From contig NC_087252.1 in NCBI RefSeq assembly GCF_037042905.1, positions 26,042,001 to 26,106,000 of the forward strand: a DNA stretch of 64,000 bases. Reading direction: 5' to 3'. Below the pieces are notes generated by a model, which ran no database searches, had not been told where the DNA came from, and worked only from the letters and a program-made list of their open reading frames with translations. Of the stretch, positions 1 to 13,800 are shown in pieces (position 1 is the stretch's first letter; each line of letters starts with the position of its first letter). A program made the translations under genes and the position numbers. Source of the DNA: Lytechinus pictus. Taxonomy: Eukaryota.

Positions 1-310
1 CTGCAACCACGTCTGTTCAGTACCACGACCACGTCTGATTCCGTACGGCAACCAGTGACATCTGTTCAGTACCGGAAACTACGTCTGGTTCTTCGACCAT
101 ATGTATGGGTCCTTCTGCAGTCAGGCTCTGACGACCATACCCATTGGCTCTGCTCTACTTGTAGTTTCCACCGTTGTCTGCTCCGGACCTCCGACCGTCT
201 GCTTCCAGACCAGCAACCATCCGCTTCAGACCAACCCGTCTGCTCCGGACCACCAGCCGTCTGCTCCAGACTCCGAACCGTCCGCTTCCAGACCAACCAG
301 ACTACCAAAA
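1..310. repeat. Degenerate short tandem-like repeats (CCGTCTGCTTCCAGACC / GTCTGTTCAGTACC motifs), probably part of an element cut by the window edge
   Basis: Recurring motifs; GC higher than the flanks; overlapping ORFs are low-complexity with no recognisable domain. Confidence 0.4.
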
Positions 311-3300
311 GAGCAAGCCCTGGTATAGTCTCTTGCTGGCGTGCAAAAGACCCAACATACAAGGAAATCTAACCACAGTCGTCGCCTCACGTATGTTCAC
401 GGCCTCAACTCAGTGGAGCGCGCCATTGAAAGGCCTTTTCGCCTAGCAATATTGTTAGCGACGTTCGTTAGCATCACTTTGCTCACTCTCCAAAATGTCT
501 GCGACATTAAAATTCTAAAAACAATGGATTTGTTGAATTTTAGTGAGGCTATGAATGTTTATCATTTACATTGACTATCAGTGTACCAACATATACCGAA
601 TTTACAAGCAAGTGTGGGTAAGACTTTGAATTATCAGTCATTTCGATGCAATCACAAAATTGATGAAAATATAACAGAAATTTGATATAGCATTGCAAAA
701 TCCTTATTTTCATATCCCCTTAAATTTTAATTATTTGCAAAAGCATCTTAGTACGTTTCCTAGAATTTTTCACAACTGATAACGGTGGTGGCTTATTGAT
801 TCTAGTTTTTTTTAAGAAATGGCAGGCATTTGAAATCAGGTAAATTGTTGTTATATTTTTAAAAGAAAATCGTTAGATTCGAACAACTTACTAATAGTTC
901 TCCAAAAGAAGGGTTATATTCTATTATCTGTGTGTAAATGATACATGACGACAAATTTTACGAGTATATCATTGCATGTTGGATAACCTTTTCCACGATG
1001 AGTTTCGCAATTGAGAGAAAAATCAAGTTCATTCCTAGCACGCGAGCCGCAGAATGATAAATTTTAGCGTGCGCACACGGGCTGATCGCCGTGTCTGCGG
1101 GGACGGATATCTAGTCCCATACTGGTGTAAGGTGGTATTTTCCACGTACCTTTTCCCCTTGTAATGACCACTTCGCACTTTAATACTTAATTTTGACACT
1201 TAATCTGTGAAATTAATGGTTTAACGATTTTGGAAAATGTTCGGAATATACCTAACACATAAATGATTTCATTTTCTAGAATTATTATTTCTTTCCTGAA
1301 TTACCAAAAGGCAAATTTGGGTCAAGATTGCATATACTCACATTGACTGCATGTTTAGCATAGCGCATATCTATTACAATTTCTATTATGTGTGTCTATA
1401 TTATATAAATTGTCCTGATGTAAATATATGTTATAGAATCATATTGGATACAAAAATCATGACGGGTGTCATGGTCTGAGTTTTCTTTGTGTATAACAAA
1501 CAAAATACTGCATGATTCCAATTTTATTTGAACATGTCATCGTATGCAACGGCAATTTCAATCAATCAGTTTATAATTTTCTTTTGCTTAGTCAGCGTTT
1601 ATTTTTCAATGTGCAGAATTGGTTCGCAAGCGGTTTTTACACCAAAGAGCTTGCCAAAGAGCTCATTCCTGGCACTTCGACTAAAGATGGATATGATATT
1701 TTGTTTATCATGGTTATCCATTTTTAAAAACAATATTTATTTACTGCAGCCAACGAGTTCCTGACACAATTTATTTTTTGACTAAAAACTACATTATGAA
1801 TGTCCCCCGAGCGGTCTTAAAATAAAAAAGAAATACCCTTTTTCGCAAATGAATCATAGTTGTAGCTGTAAAATTACTTTGTCTTAATTCCTTTCCTCTT
1901 AATTTAATATTTTAGTATTTCATTTACATAACCTAAATGAAGGAGGATTCGGAACGATTATTGTCTGATGATTATGGGTGTGAAAGGACCCCTCCCCAAA
2001 AATAATAATGAGTAAGAATAAATCAATAAATGAATAAATAAATGAAATGAAATTAAATAAAAATAAAAGTCAGTAATCTTTAACAGGATAGTTCGAAAGC
2101 TTATTTTCAGTGGCCGTCCTCAACACGTATATAATTGTAATTATAAAAGGTAAAATCTGTTTACACTATAAATATGAATATGAATTACTATTAAAAATAA
2201 ATAAGATCTTGAGATGGTATGTACAAGAAAAATATAACGAATATATATAGAACGAAGAAGAAAGTTGAAGGTATAATGTTGTCTCAAGCGGATCGGGAGA
2301 AGGGGGTGCTCCTTTCCCTCTCTTTTCCAATACACCGGGTGAGTTATGTATATCTCAATATTGATTTTATAACAAACTACTTAAAATCCCCATTTCATGA
2401 CAGATTATGAAAAAAAAACGGCTTACGATTTGTGCTCGCATTGATTGTTGAAAATATATTAAATCGTGCATCATAATTACAAAAGTGCTTTAAATGTCCA
2501 TTTTTCAAGCCATAATATTTACAGATTTCGCGCTCTCATTAGTCTTATTAGACTAATAAATAAGATATTAATTTGATAATCACTATGTCCTTGTTTTCAG
2601 AATGGAATATCGACAAGTTCTATTTCGTGCTTAGGAAGAGAAATAGGAAGACAGTCATCATTTTTATTTGATGACATAATGTTCTTAGGATGTCCCGGTC
2701 CTAGGTCAAAACTCAAAGGAATAATATTGAAACATATCGGCTTTTTTAAAACTGTGATCCAAATCCACCTCACAATTTTCCTACAAAGTGCTTGAAATAC
2801 AGAGATTAAATTGTCCCTTTTTCAGATCGGAATATCAAATACTTTAAGCTCGCGCTTTTTGCGCTCGCTTTATTGATTTTCATGATGTAAAAGGTATTTA
2901 GAATACCCAGATTCTAGGTCGCGCATGTTTATTCAGATACGCAGCTTGTTCACTATTTTAATCATCCAAATATCAAACATTTTCTGCTCGCGCTTTGTGC
3001 TCGCATTATAAGATTTCCAATTATCATTTTCATGATTTACAAAAAATGATCAGAGTGTCCCATTTTTGGGTGTAAATCTCGATTTTTTTCCGCACGCGCT
3101 TCGCGCTCGCATCAATTGTTTAGTCATTTACTTATTATTATCACGATTACAAAAAGTGCTTAGAATTTCCATACTTTGTCTAGAAATGTCAAAATTTTCA
3201 GCCCACGCTTTTCGCTCGCATTATTTGATTGTTGAAAAATGTAAGGTCTTCATGGCTAACTGCAAGCAGCTGTTTTTGATCAGATCAAAACATATATTAA

Positions 3301-3549
3301 AATTTTCTGTTCCCGCTTCGCGCTCGCAGTAATTAGTATGTAGTTGCGTATGAGGCGCCGAATGTACCAATATTATATAGAACAATTATTTGTTATATAA
3401 TCATTATTTGTTAAATAATAACTATTATTTATATATAATTTACATTTTATTTGTAAATAACTACTATTATATAAAATATCATTTCTAATTATTTATATAT
3501 AATTCCAAGTAATACTTCATTATTTGTAAATAATAATAGTTCGACATTC

Positions 3550-4196
3550 CATTATTTATAAATAATGATTATTTGTTTTTCATTATTTATAAATAATGAT
3601 TATTTGTTTTTCATTATTTATAAATAATGATTATTTGTTTTTCATTATTTATAAATAATGATTATTTGTTTTTCATTATTTATATATAATGATTATTTGT
3701 TTTTCATTATTTACAAATAATGATTATTTGTTTTTCATTATTTATAAATAATGATTATTTGTTTTTCATTATTTATAAATAATGATTATTTGTTTTTCAT
3801 TATTTATAAATAATGATTATTTGTTTTTCATTATTTATAAATAATGATTATTTGTTTTTCATTATTTACAAATAATGATTATTTGTTTTTCATTATTTAT
3901 AAATAATGATTATTTGTTTTTCATTATTTATAAATAATTTGTTGAGTTTTCCATTATTTATAAATAATGATTATTTGTTAAATAATGAAAACGTCTACTT
4001 CATTATTTATAAATAATTTTTTCGAGTGCACCATTATTCTCATTATTTATAAATAATCATTATTTAATGTTCGAGTTTTCCATTATTTATAAATAAAGAT
4101 TATTTGTTAAATAATGCCATTATTTATTAAATAATGCCATTATTTATTAAATAATGCCATTATTTATTAAATAATGCCATTATTTATTAAATAATG
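3550..4196 (+). repeat. 31-bp tandem array (about 12 copies) plus 20-bp array (4 copies), left foldback arm
   Basis: Unit CATTATTTATAAATAATGATTATTTGTTTTT; 20-mer CCATTATTTATTAAATAATG at 4117-4196. Confidence 0.95.
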
Positions 4197-6724
4197 GAAA
4201 ACTCGCTATAACATGCAAATGTGGGACCGCCCATGATATGAATATTCATGATGCGATTTCCTTTTTCGTGATTTTTCTTCACAAATTTTTGTCCATTTCC
4301 TCTTCATAATGACATTTCTTGAAGCAATTTTCTAGGGATATGGTCTGATTGTAATATTCTTCATTTTCTATATAACTTCGTCTTCGTAGAAATATCAAAA
4401 AGTGTAATTTTATACGATTTTTCCTACAGTTCACAATCCCCATAGGCGCGCGTGTACGGTAGGGACAACCGGTGAATCGACGGAGTGCTCTTCATCGAAA
4501 TACTACGTTGGTTGGTCCCCGGAAGTGGCGGGCGGAATTTAGCCCGAATCCTCGATGGAAGTCGATCAAGTGCATATGAGCTGAGAGAGTGAAATATCAG
4601 TGTACTTGTACAGGCCCTTCTACTTTTTATAAATATTTCTTGTTGCTTTTTTGGTTAAGTTAATTTTCCTTGTGTAGAGATAAGTTTCAGTTCTAATAAT
4701 GCACTTCAAATACATTTTGGAGTGTCTGTTTGAGGCGTTTGGGGCGATTTCACCCTGGCCCCAAAATGCTCGCAACGACAATACGGGGGCATGATGACCC
4801 CTAAATTTTTAAAAACATATTTTTCTATTGAAAATTATCACAAAATTCACCAAAAGTGTGCACGAAAGCCTTCGTATTTCACTTTTAAAACTCCGAAAAG
4901 TGCCCAAATGACAAGCTTGGTCGCTTCGCTGTGTCGCTTTCAACTTGAGAACGTTTACGCGTCTGCTCCCCCCCGGCCCCCCTCCTCCGAAAGAAATTCT
5001 GTATACGGCCATGCTCTAAAGAGCCTGGCACATTGATTTATGTATACTTTCATTTTCATTATTTTTATCTCATTATCAACATGGCCTTACGCAGAATTTT
5101 TTCCAGGGGGGCCGGGGCCGGAGCATGACGCGCGTAAACTTTCTCAAAAAAATCTTGAAAGCGAGACAGCCACGGGAACAAGCCCAAATGACAAGCTTTG
5201 TCGCTTCGCTGTCTCGCTTTCAACTTGAGAACGTTTACACGCGTCTGCCCCCACCCCCCGAAAGAAATTATGTGAACGGCCATGCTCAAAAGAGCATATG
5301 GCACATTGATTTATATGTACTTTTCATTTTCATTATTTTTATCACATTATCATCATGGCCTTACGCAGAATTTTTTCCGGGGGGGGGGTGGGGGGAGCAG
5401 GACGCGCGTAAACTTTCTCATAAAAATCTTGAGAAAGCGAAGCGACCAAGCTTGTCATTTGAGCTTGGTCGCGTCGCTGTCTCGCTTTCAAGATTTTTTT
5501 GAGAAACTTTACGCACGTCCTAGCTGCCCCCCCCCCCCCCCCCCGGTAAAAATTCTGTGTAAGGCCATGATGATAATGTGATAAAAATAATGAAAATGAA
5601 AAGTACATATAAATCAATGTGCCATATGCTCTTTTGAGCATGGCCGTTCACATAATTTCTTTCGGGGGGTGGGGGCAGACGCGTGTAAACGTTCTCAAGT
5701 TGAAAGCGAGACAGCGAAGCGACAAAGCTTGTCATTTGGGCTTGTTCCCGTGGCTGTCTCGCTTTCAAGATTTTTTTGAGAAAGTTTACGCGCGTCATGC
5801 TCCGGCCCCGGCCCCCTGGAAAAAATTCTGCGTAAGGCCATGTTGATAATGAGATAAAAATAATGAAAATGAAAGTATACATAAATCAATGTGCCAGGCT
5901 CTTTAGAGCATGGCCGTATACAGAATTTCTTTCGGAGGAGGGGGGCCGGGGGGGAGCAGACGCGTAAACGTTCTCAAGTTGAAAGCGACACAGCGAAGCG
6001 ACCAAGCTTGTCATTTGGGCACTTTTCGGAGTTTTAAAAGTGAAATACGAAGGCTTTCGTGCACACTTTTGGTGAATTTTGTGATAATTTTCAATAGAAA
6101 AATATGTTTTTAAAAATTTAGGGGTCATCATGCCCCCGTATTGTCGTTGCGAGCATTTTGGGGCCAGGGTGAAATCGCCCCAAACGCCTCAAACAGACAC
6201 TCCAAAATGTATTTGAAGTGCATTATTAGAACTGAAACTTATCTCTACACAAGGAAAATTAACTTAACCAAAAAAGCAACAAGAAATATTTATAAAAAGT
6301 AGAAGGGCCTGTACAAGTACACTGATATTTCACTCTCTCAGCTCATATGCACTTGATCGACTTCCATCGAGGATTCGGGCTAAATTCCGCCCGCCACTTC
6401 CGGGGACCAACCAACGTAGTATTTCGATGAAGAGCACTCCGTCGATTCACCGGTTGTCCCTACCGTACACGCGCGCCTATGGGGATTGTGAACTGTAGGA
6501 AAAATCGTATAAAATTACACTTTTTGATATTTCTACGAAGACGAAGTTATATAGAAAATGAAGAATATTACAATCAGACCATATCCCTAGAAAATTGCTT
6601 CAAGAAATGTCATTATGAAGAGGAAATGGACAAAAATTTGTGAAGAAAAATCACGAAAAAGGAAATCGCATCATGAATATTCATATCATGGGCGGTCCCA
6701 CATTTGCATGTTATAGCGAGTTTT

Positions 6725-7352
6725 CCATTATTTAATAAATAATGGCATTATTTAATAAATAATGGCATTATTTAATAAATAATGGCATTATTTAACAAAT
6801 AATCTTTATTTATAAATAATGGAAAACTCGAACATTAAATAATGATTATTTATAAATAATGAGAATAATGGTGCACTCGAAAAAATTATTTATAAATAAT
6901 GAAGTAGACGTTTTCATTATTTAACAAATAATCATTATTTATAAATAATGGAAAACTCAACAAATTATTTATAAATAATGAAAAACAAATAATCATTATT
7001 TATAAATAATGAAAAACAAATAATCATTATTTGTAAATAATGAAAAACAAATAATCATTATTTATAAATAATGAAAAACAAATAATCATTATTTATAAAT
7101 AATGAAAAACAAATAATCATTATTTATAAATAATGAAAAACAAATAATCATTATTTATAAATAATGAAAAACAAATAATCATTATTTGTAAATAATGAAA
7201 AACAAATAATCATTATATATAAATAATGAAAAACAAATAATCATTATTTATAAATAATGAAAAACAAATAATCATTATTTATAAATAATGAAAAACAAAT
7301 AATCATTATTTATAAATAATGAAAAACAAATAATCATTATTTATAAATAATG
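6725..7352 (-). repeat. Mirror 20-bp (3 copies) and 31-bp tandem arrays, right foldback arm
   Basis: Reverse complement of 3550-4196, including variant units. Confidence 0.95.
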
Positions 7353-9103
7353 GAATGTCGAACTATTATTATTTACAAATAATGAAGTATTACTTGGAAT
7401 TATATATAAATAATTAGAAATGATATTTTATATAATAGTAGTTATTTACAAATAAAATGTAAATTATATATAAATAATAGTTATTATTTAACAAATAATG
7501 ATTATATAACAAATAATTGTTCTATATAATATTGGTACATTCGGCGCCTCATAGTTGCGGTGGATACACATCTGTCTTAGGATCACAAACATTGCCCAGA
7601 ATATTTAGATTTTAGGACAAAATACTTTGCACTCGCACTAATCAAATAAGGCTTATGAGATTATTATATATTTATGTTGATTTATAAGAATAAAGCTTAG
7701 ACTATTATAATAAAAGACTACCCCTTCAAAGATACAAACAAAAATCAACTTCGAGTGGCCGATCGGGAAAATGTGGCTAAAAAAATTCGGCTCCCCCCCC
7801 CCCCCCCCCATATTGGCAAAGGCTGGATCCGCCCCTGTCTACTGATAGCTCTTGAAGGGGGGGATGAGTTACCCTTGAATATTATTGTTGAATATTCAGC
7901 TCAATATATTGCTTTGACCCCCATCCCTTCACACACGTTTTGTATATCCCCGTCTACTAACAGCTCTGGGGGGACCATTTTTTTTTAACTCAACATAATT
8001 ATTGCTCTCACACCCCCCCCCCCCCCCGATTAGATGAATTACGCCACTTGACGTGCGTGATTTCAATTGCAATATAGCCCCAAGATCCACTGACTATTCA
8101 TTTAGCTTACACATTAAAAAAAACTGGAGAGTTGTCAAACTCAACACAAATATACAATAAAATAACAACAAAATAACATACTATAGAAAGAAAGTATTAA
8201 AAAAATTGAGAACTTAGTACAATAAAGATAATAAAATGTTGAAATTTTTTACCCCCGTCTCCCACACTCGATCTATTACGTATTAGACAATGATATGAAA
8301 TTATGCTGATCTGCCTTTATTTGCGCACGATATTCTTAACTTAAGTCATGATATGACCATTGATATAATGGATTATAAATTTTCATAGTTTGATCACACC
8401 ATATCCACTTTAAATCCCTGGAAATTCCAGCAACAATACATGTTGTCATGGTACGACACACATTTTCTTTATTGAAAAGTATCACGACACCAACGTTGAA
8501 ACTGTGCAAAGGCCTTTAATGGCGAACTCCGCTGGGTTGATACATAGCCTATGGGTGATGAACATACGTGGCCTAGGACTAGAAATCCATCCTAGGTTTC
8601 CCCATGGAAGGACATGCGAACGATCATATAAATCATTTCGATCGCATCCACCAACTTTACTTAGTGGATAGCGAATCCAAATCGATCTGCATACTTTACG
8701 TGCACTGCACCCCGTTGGCGCCGTATTTTAACAGATTATCGGCAAAGCTTCACGAGTAATACTTACTGTACTTATGCATTAAGTATACAATATCTGTTAT
8801 AGTTAACCTCTGTCACAATATTAGAACAGCTATAACTTTGCTCTCCAAAACCGGATATGCATGAATTACATATCAAATTAAAGCATTTATTTAGATCAAG
8901 CTAGTAATAACCACAATAATCAGTTAAACATCTCCAGGAAATTGTTAGTCCACAAAAACGGTTCAAAACATGCATAACTTTAATGTTTTTATCTACGTCA
9001 TTATTAGTGTAGAAACATGCATGTAATATCACCAGCTACGACAAAAACATTATAAATCAACCAAAGATAATTTTCTAACACGAAATAAAACCTATTTCGT
9101 GAC

Positions 9104-10030
9104 AATAGATAGATAGATGTATAGATATATAGAAATATATATAATTTGAGAGATAGATATATAGACGGATAGAGAGAAAAATACAGACAGATGGATAGAT
9201 AGATAGAGAGAGAGAGAGAATTTGAGAGACAGACAGACAGATGGATAGAGAGAATTCGAGAGATAGACGGATAGAGAGAAAAAGACAGACAGATGGATCG
9301 ATAGAGAGAATTTGAGATCACAAGCAGTCACAGACTGACTAAATGAATGTTTACATACAAATAGAATCATAAAATACAGAGTAAACATTATAAATAAATA
9401 TCAAATACAATACAAATTCATACAGATGAAAAAGAAATGTATCATAAATAAATACAAAAGGCCAAAAGTACTACAAAGTGTCACCAAAGAAGAAAAAAGC
9501 GGAATGAAAGATTAAGAAGAAAAAGGAGAGAGAAGAGGAAAGAGGTAAGAGAAGGGAAAGAAATTGGGATAAGACGAAGAGAAGGGAAAGCAAGAGGTGG
9601 AATTTGAAAGAGAATAGGAGGCAACCTTCAGAAAAAAAACTCATTATGCAATACAAGACATTTAACAATGGTAACAAGTAAATAAAGTAGTAATTGAATC
9701 GAATCGAGCACAAAAAAGGGAAAAGTAGAGCTGAGGAAATAGACTCCCAAAGGAAGTCGAAGCAGTCTTGATATCGCACGAGTAGATTAATATATGGATA
9801 GAGAGAAATAAAAGAGAGACAGATGGATAGATAGAGAATTTGAGAGATCGATGTTAGATGGATAGATAGATAGACAGATAGATAGGTAGATAGAGAATGA
9901 GAGAGACAGAGTAGATAGACAAATTAACAGATATATATATCATGTAGTTCCATAGATTGATTTATAACATAGATATTGGATAGACAGATATGATAGATAT
10001 AAGCAGGGAAGTGTTATAAGGATAGATATA
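9104..10030 (+). repeat. GATA/GACA/GA microsatellite and purine-rich low-complexity tract
   Basis: Directly visible simple repeats. Confidence 0.9.
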
Positions 10031-10833
10031 ATATGAAAAAAGTAATGTGTTTTATTTTTCAATATTTTAGCTATTATTCGTTTTCATTCATATAAACGAT
10101 CATGTGCGATAAAGTAAAAAAAAAATCATGAAGCCAACGTATATAGTTCAGCGGAACAACCAAAATACAGAGACTGAAGCTTTTGGTCTATATAAGCTCA
10201 GCTGCATTTGCACGTATGTTCTGCGGATATCTTCGGTGCGGACTTTTGGATCGCGCGCCCAGTTGATTATGTAAACAAACGTAGACGTAGACTCTTCACT
10301 AGTCGCTTTGTGGCTATTTTTCCGGAAAATGCCTTCGCCAGGGTGTAAAACGGAAACGCGCGCCCGGCGCAAGCCGCCGCTGCTAGCCTCACTTCAAGCA
10401 CTTCGTACAGCGGAAAAGCGAAGAAGCAACTTAATGTACAGGATTTTCTACCCGTCCCAACCCCATCAGATCAGAAAGCTAGTCGACCACGAAAAGCGCC
10501 TAGTGTGCATGGCGTGATGAATGCTATCGTCGTGGAAAGCGATGGAAAGTTTTCATCTACAGACGAAGATCCTGGAGATAAGTCTAAAGGAGATAGAGCA
10601 AAGAGTAGTTACGGATCAAGCTCGGAAACAGAAACAAGCGATCGCGATAGCGATGACGAGGGCACCACGCTGTCAGCTGAAACACCTCCGCTACGATTGG
10701 TACAAGATAAGAGAAAACCCTCAAAAAGGAAGCGAAAAGACACAAGCAAAAATAAGTGAGTGGAAAGAAATCACAGAAATTGATTAGCAGTGAGAAAGAA
10801 AGAATGTCAAACCATCGATTCATAGATAAGTCT

Positions 10834-13800
10834 ATGTTGCATTTCGTTTCCCTGAATGTGAGGGGGTTACGAAACAAGCATAAAAGAGACAAGATATTCT
10901 TATGGTTAAAGAATCAGAAATGTGACATTGCGTTTCTCCAAGAAACTTTTTGGTTACATAAGAAAGAGCAAAGTGTAAAGAAGGAATGGAAAGGTCAGTG
11001 TTTCTTTGACCATGGCAAAAATCACTCAAGAGGAGTAGCCATTCTTGTTCGTGAAGGTCTTTCACTGAACTCCATTTCTGTTAATTGTAAAGGAGATGGT
11101 AGAGCTATCATTATTCGATTTTCATGTCATTCAATATCATACTTTTGTAAAAACATTTACGCTCCGACAAAGAACACGGAGAAAGAATTTTTTACAAGTC
11201 CTTAGATGCCTGGGTAAAAGCATGTAAACCCAGTAACGATATGGTTATAGCAGGTGGAGATTGGAATTGTGTACAAAATAGAATATTAGATACTTATGGC
11301 ATATCAAATGTTTATTTACCAAAAAAGAATTTCAAAAGTTTCCAAGCAAAAAACAAATTAATTTGTTTGTGGTAACTCCCGTATAGGAACTCGGCAGGAC
11401 AGCAAGTTTGCTGGTAAACGCCAAGCTGGTATATAACCAATTACCTATGAAACATTTTACGTCTAGGTTCATCAGTCATAATGGCTGACGTTATAGACGA
11501 CAGATATCACTCTCGGGCCTTTTTATTAAAGTGGAGGCAATGGCAGAGTTGGGATTCGAACTCACAACCTTGCGATTATGAGTCCAATGCTCTAACCACT
11601 GGACCACAATTGATATATAGAGAAAGTGTAACCAAAATAAGAAACAATTTACTTGGCGACAATTATTATTAAATGTACACTCAAGACTAGATTATTGGTT
11701 GATTTGTAGAGATCTTTTGGGTTCAGTCTTTTCAACAGACATAAGGCCCGCATTAAAATGTGACCACAATGCTATATCATTAAAGATAAAAATATCTCAA
11801 GAAAAAAAGAGGTAAAGGTTATTGGAAGATTAATAACTCGTGGTTGAAAGATGAGGTCTATGTTAATTATGTTAAAAGTTTGATACAAGTGGTCAAGTTT
11901 GAAACGAAAGAAATGAGTACACAAATACAATGGGATGTTTGTAAATATAAGAATAAAGAATATGCAAAGGAAAAGCAATCTAAAGCAAAACGGTATTATC
12001 TGAAATTAGAAAGAGAATTAAGGCATTACAACGAAATGTTTGATACTGATATGAATAATGAATTAATAGACAAAATGAATAAATTGAAAGAAGAGTTAGA
12101 CAAATGGTATGGAAATAAGTGTAAAGGTGCTTATGTTAGATTAAGACAAAAATGGATAGAGAATAAAGAAAAATGTACTAAATATTTTATTCAGCTAGAA
12201 AGGAAAAGAGGAAATAAAAAAGAAATACACTTTCTTGAAAAAAAATGGGAAAAGGTCCTTAATAATGACGAGATTCTTAAAGATATTCACAGGTTTTATA
12301 CAAACTTGTATTTTCCACCGATACACGAAACAGATGTTGATAAATATTTTACTCATGTTCAGGTACCATGCTTATCTCGGGAAGAAACAGAAAGTTGTGA
12401 AGGGTTGCTTACTGAAACAGAATGTAGAAAAACATTGTCTTCTATGAATTTCAACCGTTCACCCGGGAGTGACGGTCCAAGTGTGGAATTCTACAGATGT
12501 TTTTGGAATGAAATTAAAGATCTAGTTATAAATGGTTTAAATGGGGGTATGAAAAGGGAGAACTGTCTTTTATACAAGGACAGTCAGTTCTTACTATATT
12601 ATATACAAATGGCAATAGGGGATCTCTGGATAATTGGCGACCAATATCTTTACTCAATATCGATTACAAAATTGCAGCTCGGGTTTTAGCGATGCGTTTA
12701 CAGAAAATATTATCATCAATTATTTCAACTGATCAATGTGGATTTATTAAAGGTAGATCGGCATCCGGAAATGTTAGGCTTGTTCAAGATATTATTGACT
12801 ATTGTAAATTTAAAAGTTCCCGTGGCATTATCATTTTTTAGATTTTCGAAAAGCATTCGACAATGTGAACCACTCATTTTTGTTTCAAACATTAAAGCGG
12901 ATGAAGTTTAAGGAATCGTTTATAAATTGGAATAACATGTTATATAAAAATGCTCACGGTAGAGTACTACAGCGTGGTTGGTTATCAGAATCATTTCATA
13001 TTTATAAAGGTTTAAGGCAAGGGTGTCCAATATCAGCATTGTCGTTTATTTCGGTTGCAGAGATTTTAGCAATTCGTATTAAAGAAAATGATAATCAGAG
13101 GTATAGACATTTCAGGAAATTGATTATGCTTACCACACAGAGAAATGAAAATAACACAGTTCGCAGACGATACGACGATATTTATTAGTTCGATTAAATC
13201 CCTTCATAATTTTATGAAAGAGATAAATAATTTCGGTAATATTGCAGGTCCAAAAGTAAATTGGGATAAGACAAAGAAGTTAATAACAGGGATATTTAAA
13301 TTAGAAAGACGCGAGTTCGATTTTACAGATGACCCTGTTAAGTATTTAGGAATATTTGTGGGGAAAAATGAAAAGCATATACGAAAGCTAAATGAGGAAG
13401 GGAAAATTAGCATACTAAAAACATGGACAATGGGACAGTTTACATGTAATGGTAAAATAATTATTATAAAATGTTTGATTGTGCCTCAAATCGTTTATGT
13501 TGGTACGGTTATTCCAATGCCAGACTACATATGCAAGGGTTTACAAAAGATAATATATTGCTTTTTATGGAATTCAAAGCGTGAGAAAGTTAAACGTAAT
13601 ATTTGTGTCAGACCGATAGTTGAAGGTGGTCTTGGTATGATCGATCTATATTCGAAATCAAAATCACTTATATTGTCTTGGATAAATTCCTTTTTTAATA
13701 ATTATGATGCAGTCTGGAAAACACTATTCTCGTTTTGGTTAAGTTACATAGGAGAACTCCCCTCACTGTTTTCAAATGAACTGTCATCCAAAACACATGT

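Larger units (their letters stand above)
3349..7553. mobile_element. Foldback-type element: 4.2-kb near-perfect palindrome, non-coding, flanked by TSD GTTGCG
   Basis: Starts TATGAGGCGCCGAATGTACC and ends GGTACATTCGGCGCCTCATA; arms are reverse complements to a short loop near 5453-5461; GTTGCG at 3343-3348 and 7554-7559; mirrored ORFs in the ORF track (4791..5036+ equals 5886..6131-). Confidence 0.93.
2330..7837. mobile_element. Non-autonomous TIR element of the CGCGCTTCGCGCTCGC-repeat family, interrupted by the foldback element at 3349-7553
   Basis: Recurring (T)CGCGCTTCGCGCTCGC motif; collinear similarity with 28700-31870 and 62940-63480; right end GGCTGGATCCGCCCCTG at about 7821-7837; left end not clearly seen. 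Confidence 0.65.

Noticed and set aside
3550..3940. 31-bp palindromic repeats resembling a CRISPR array
   Set aside because: No unique spacers, head-to-tail tandem units, no cas genes, eukaryotic context
4791..6131. Cluster of 60-125-aa ORFs on both strands
   Set aside because: Mirror-image products of the palindrome and its 280-bp repeats; no domain-like sequence
9004..9779. Hydrophobic Ser/Leu-rich ORFs (also 59954-60357)
   Set aside because: Translations of microsatellite or purine-rich low-complexity DNA
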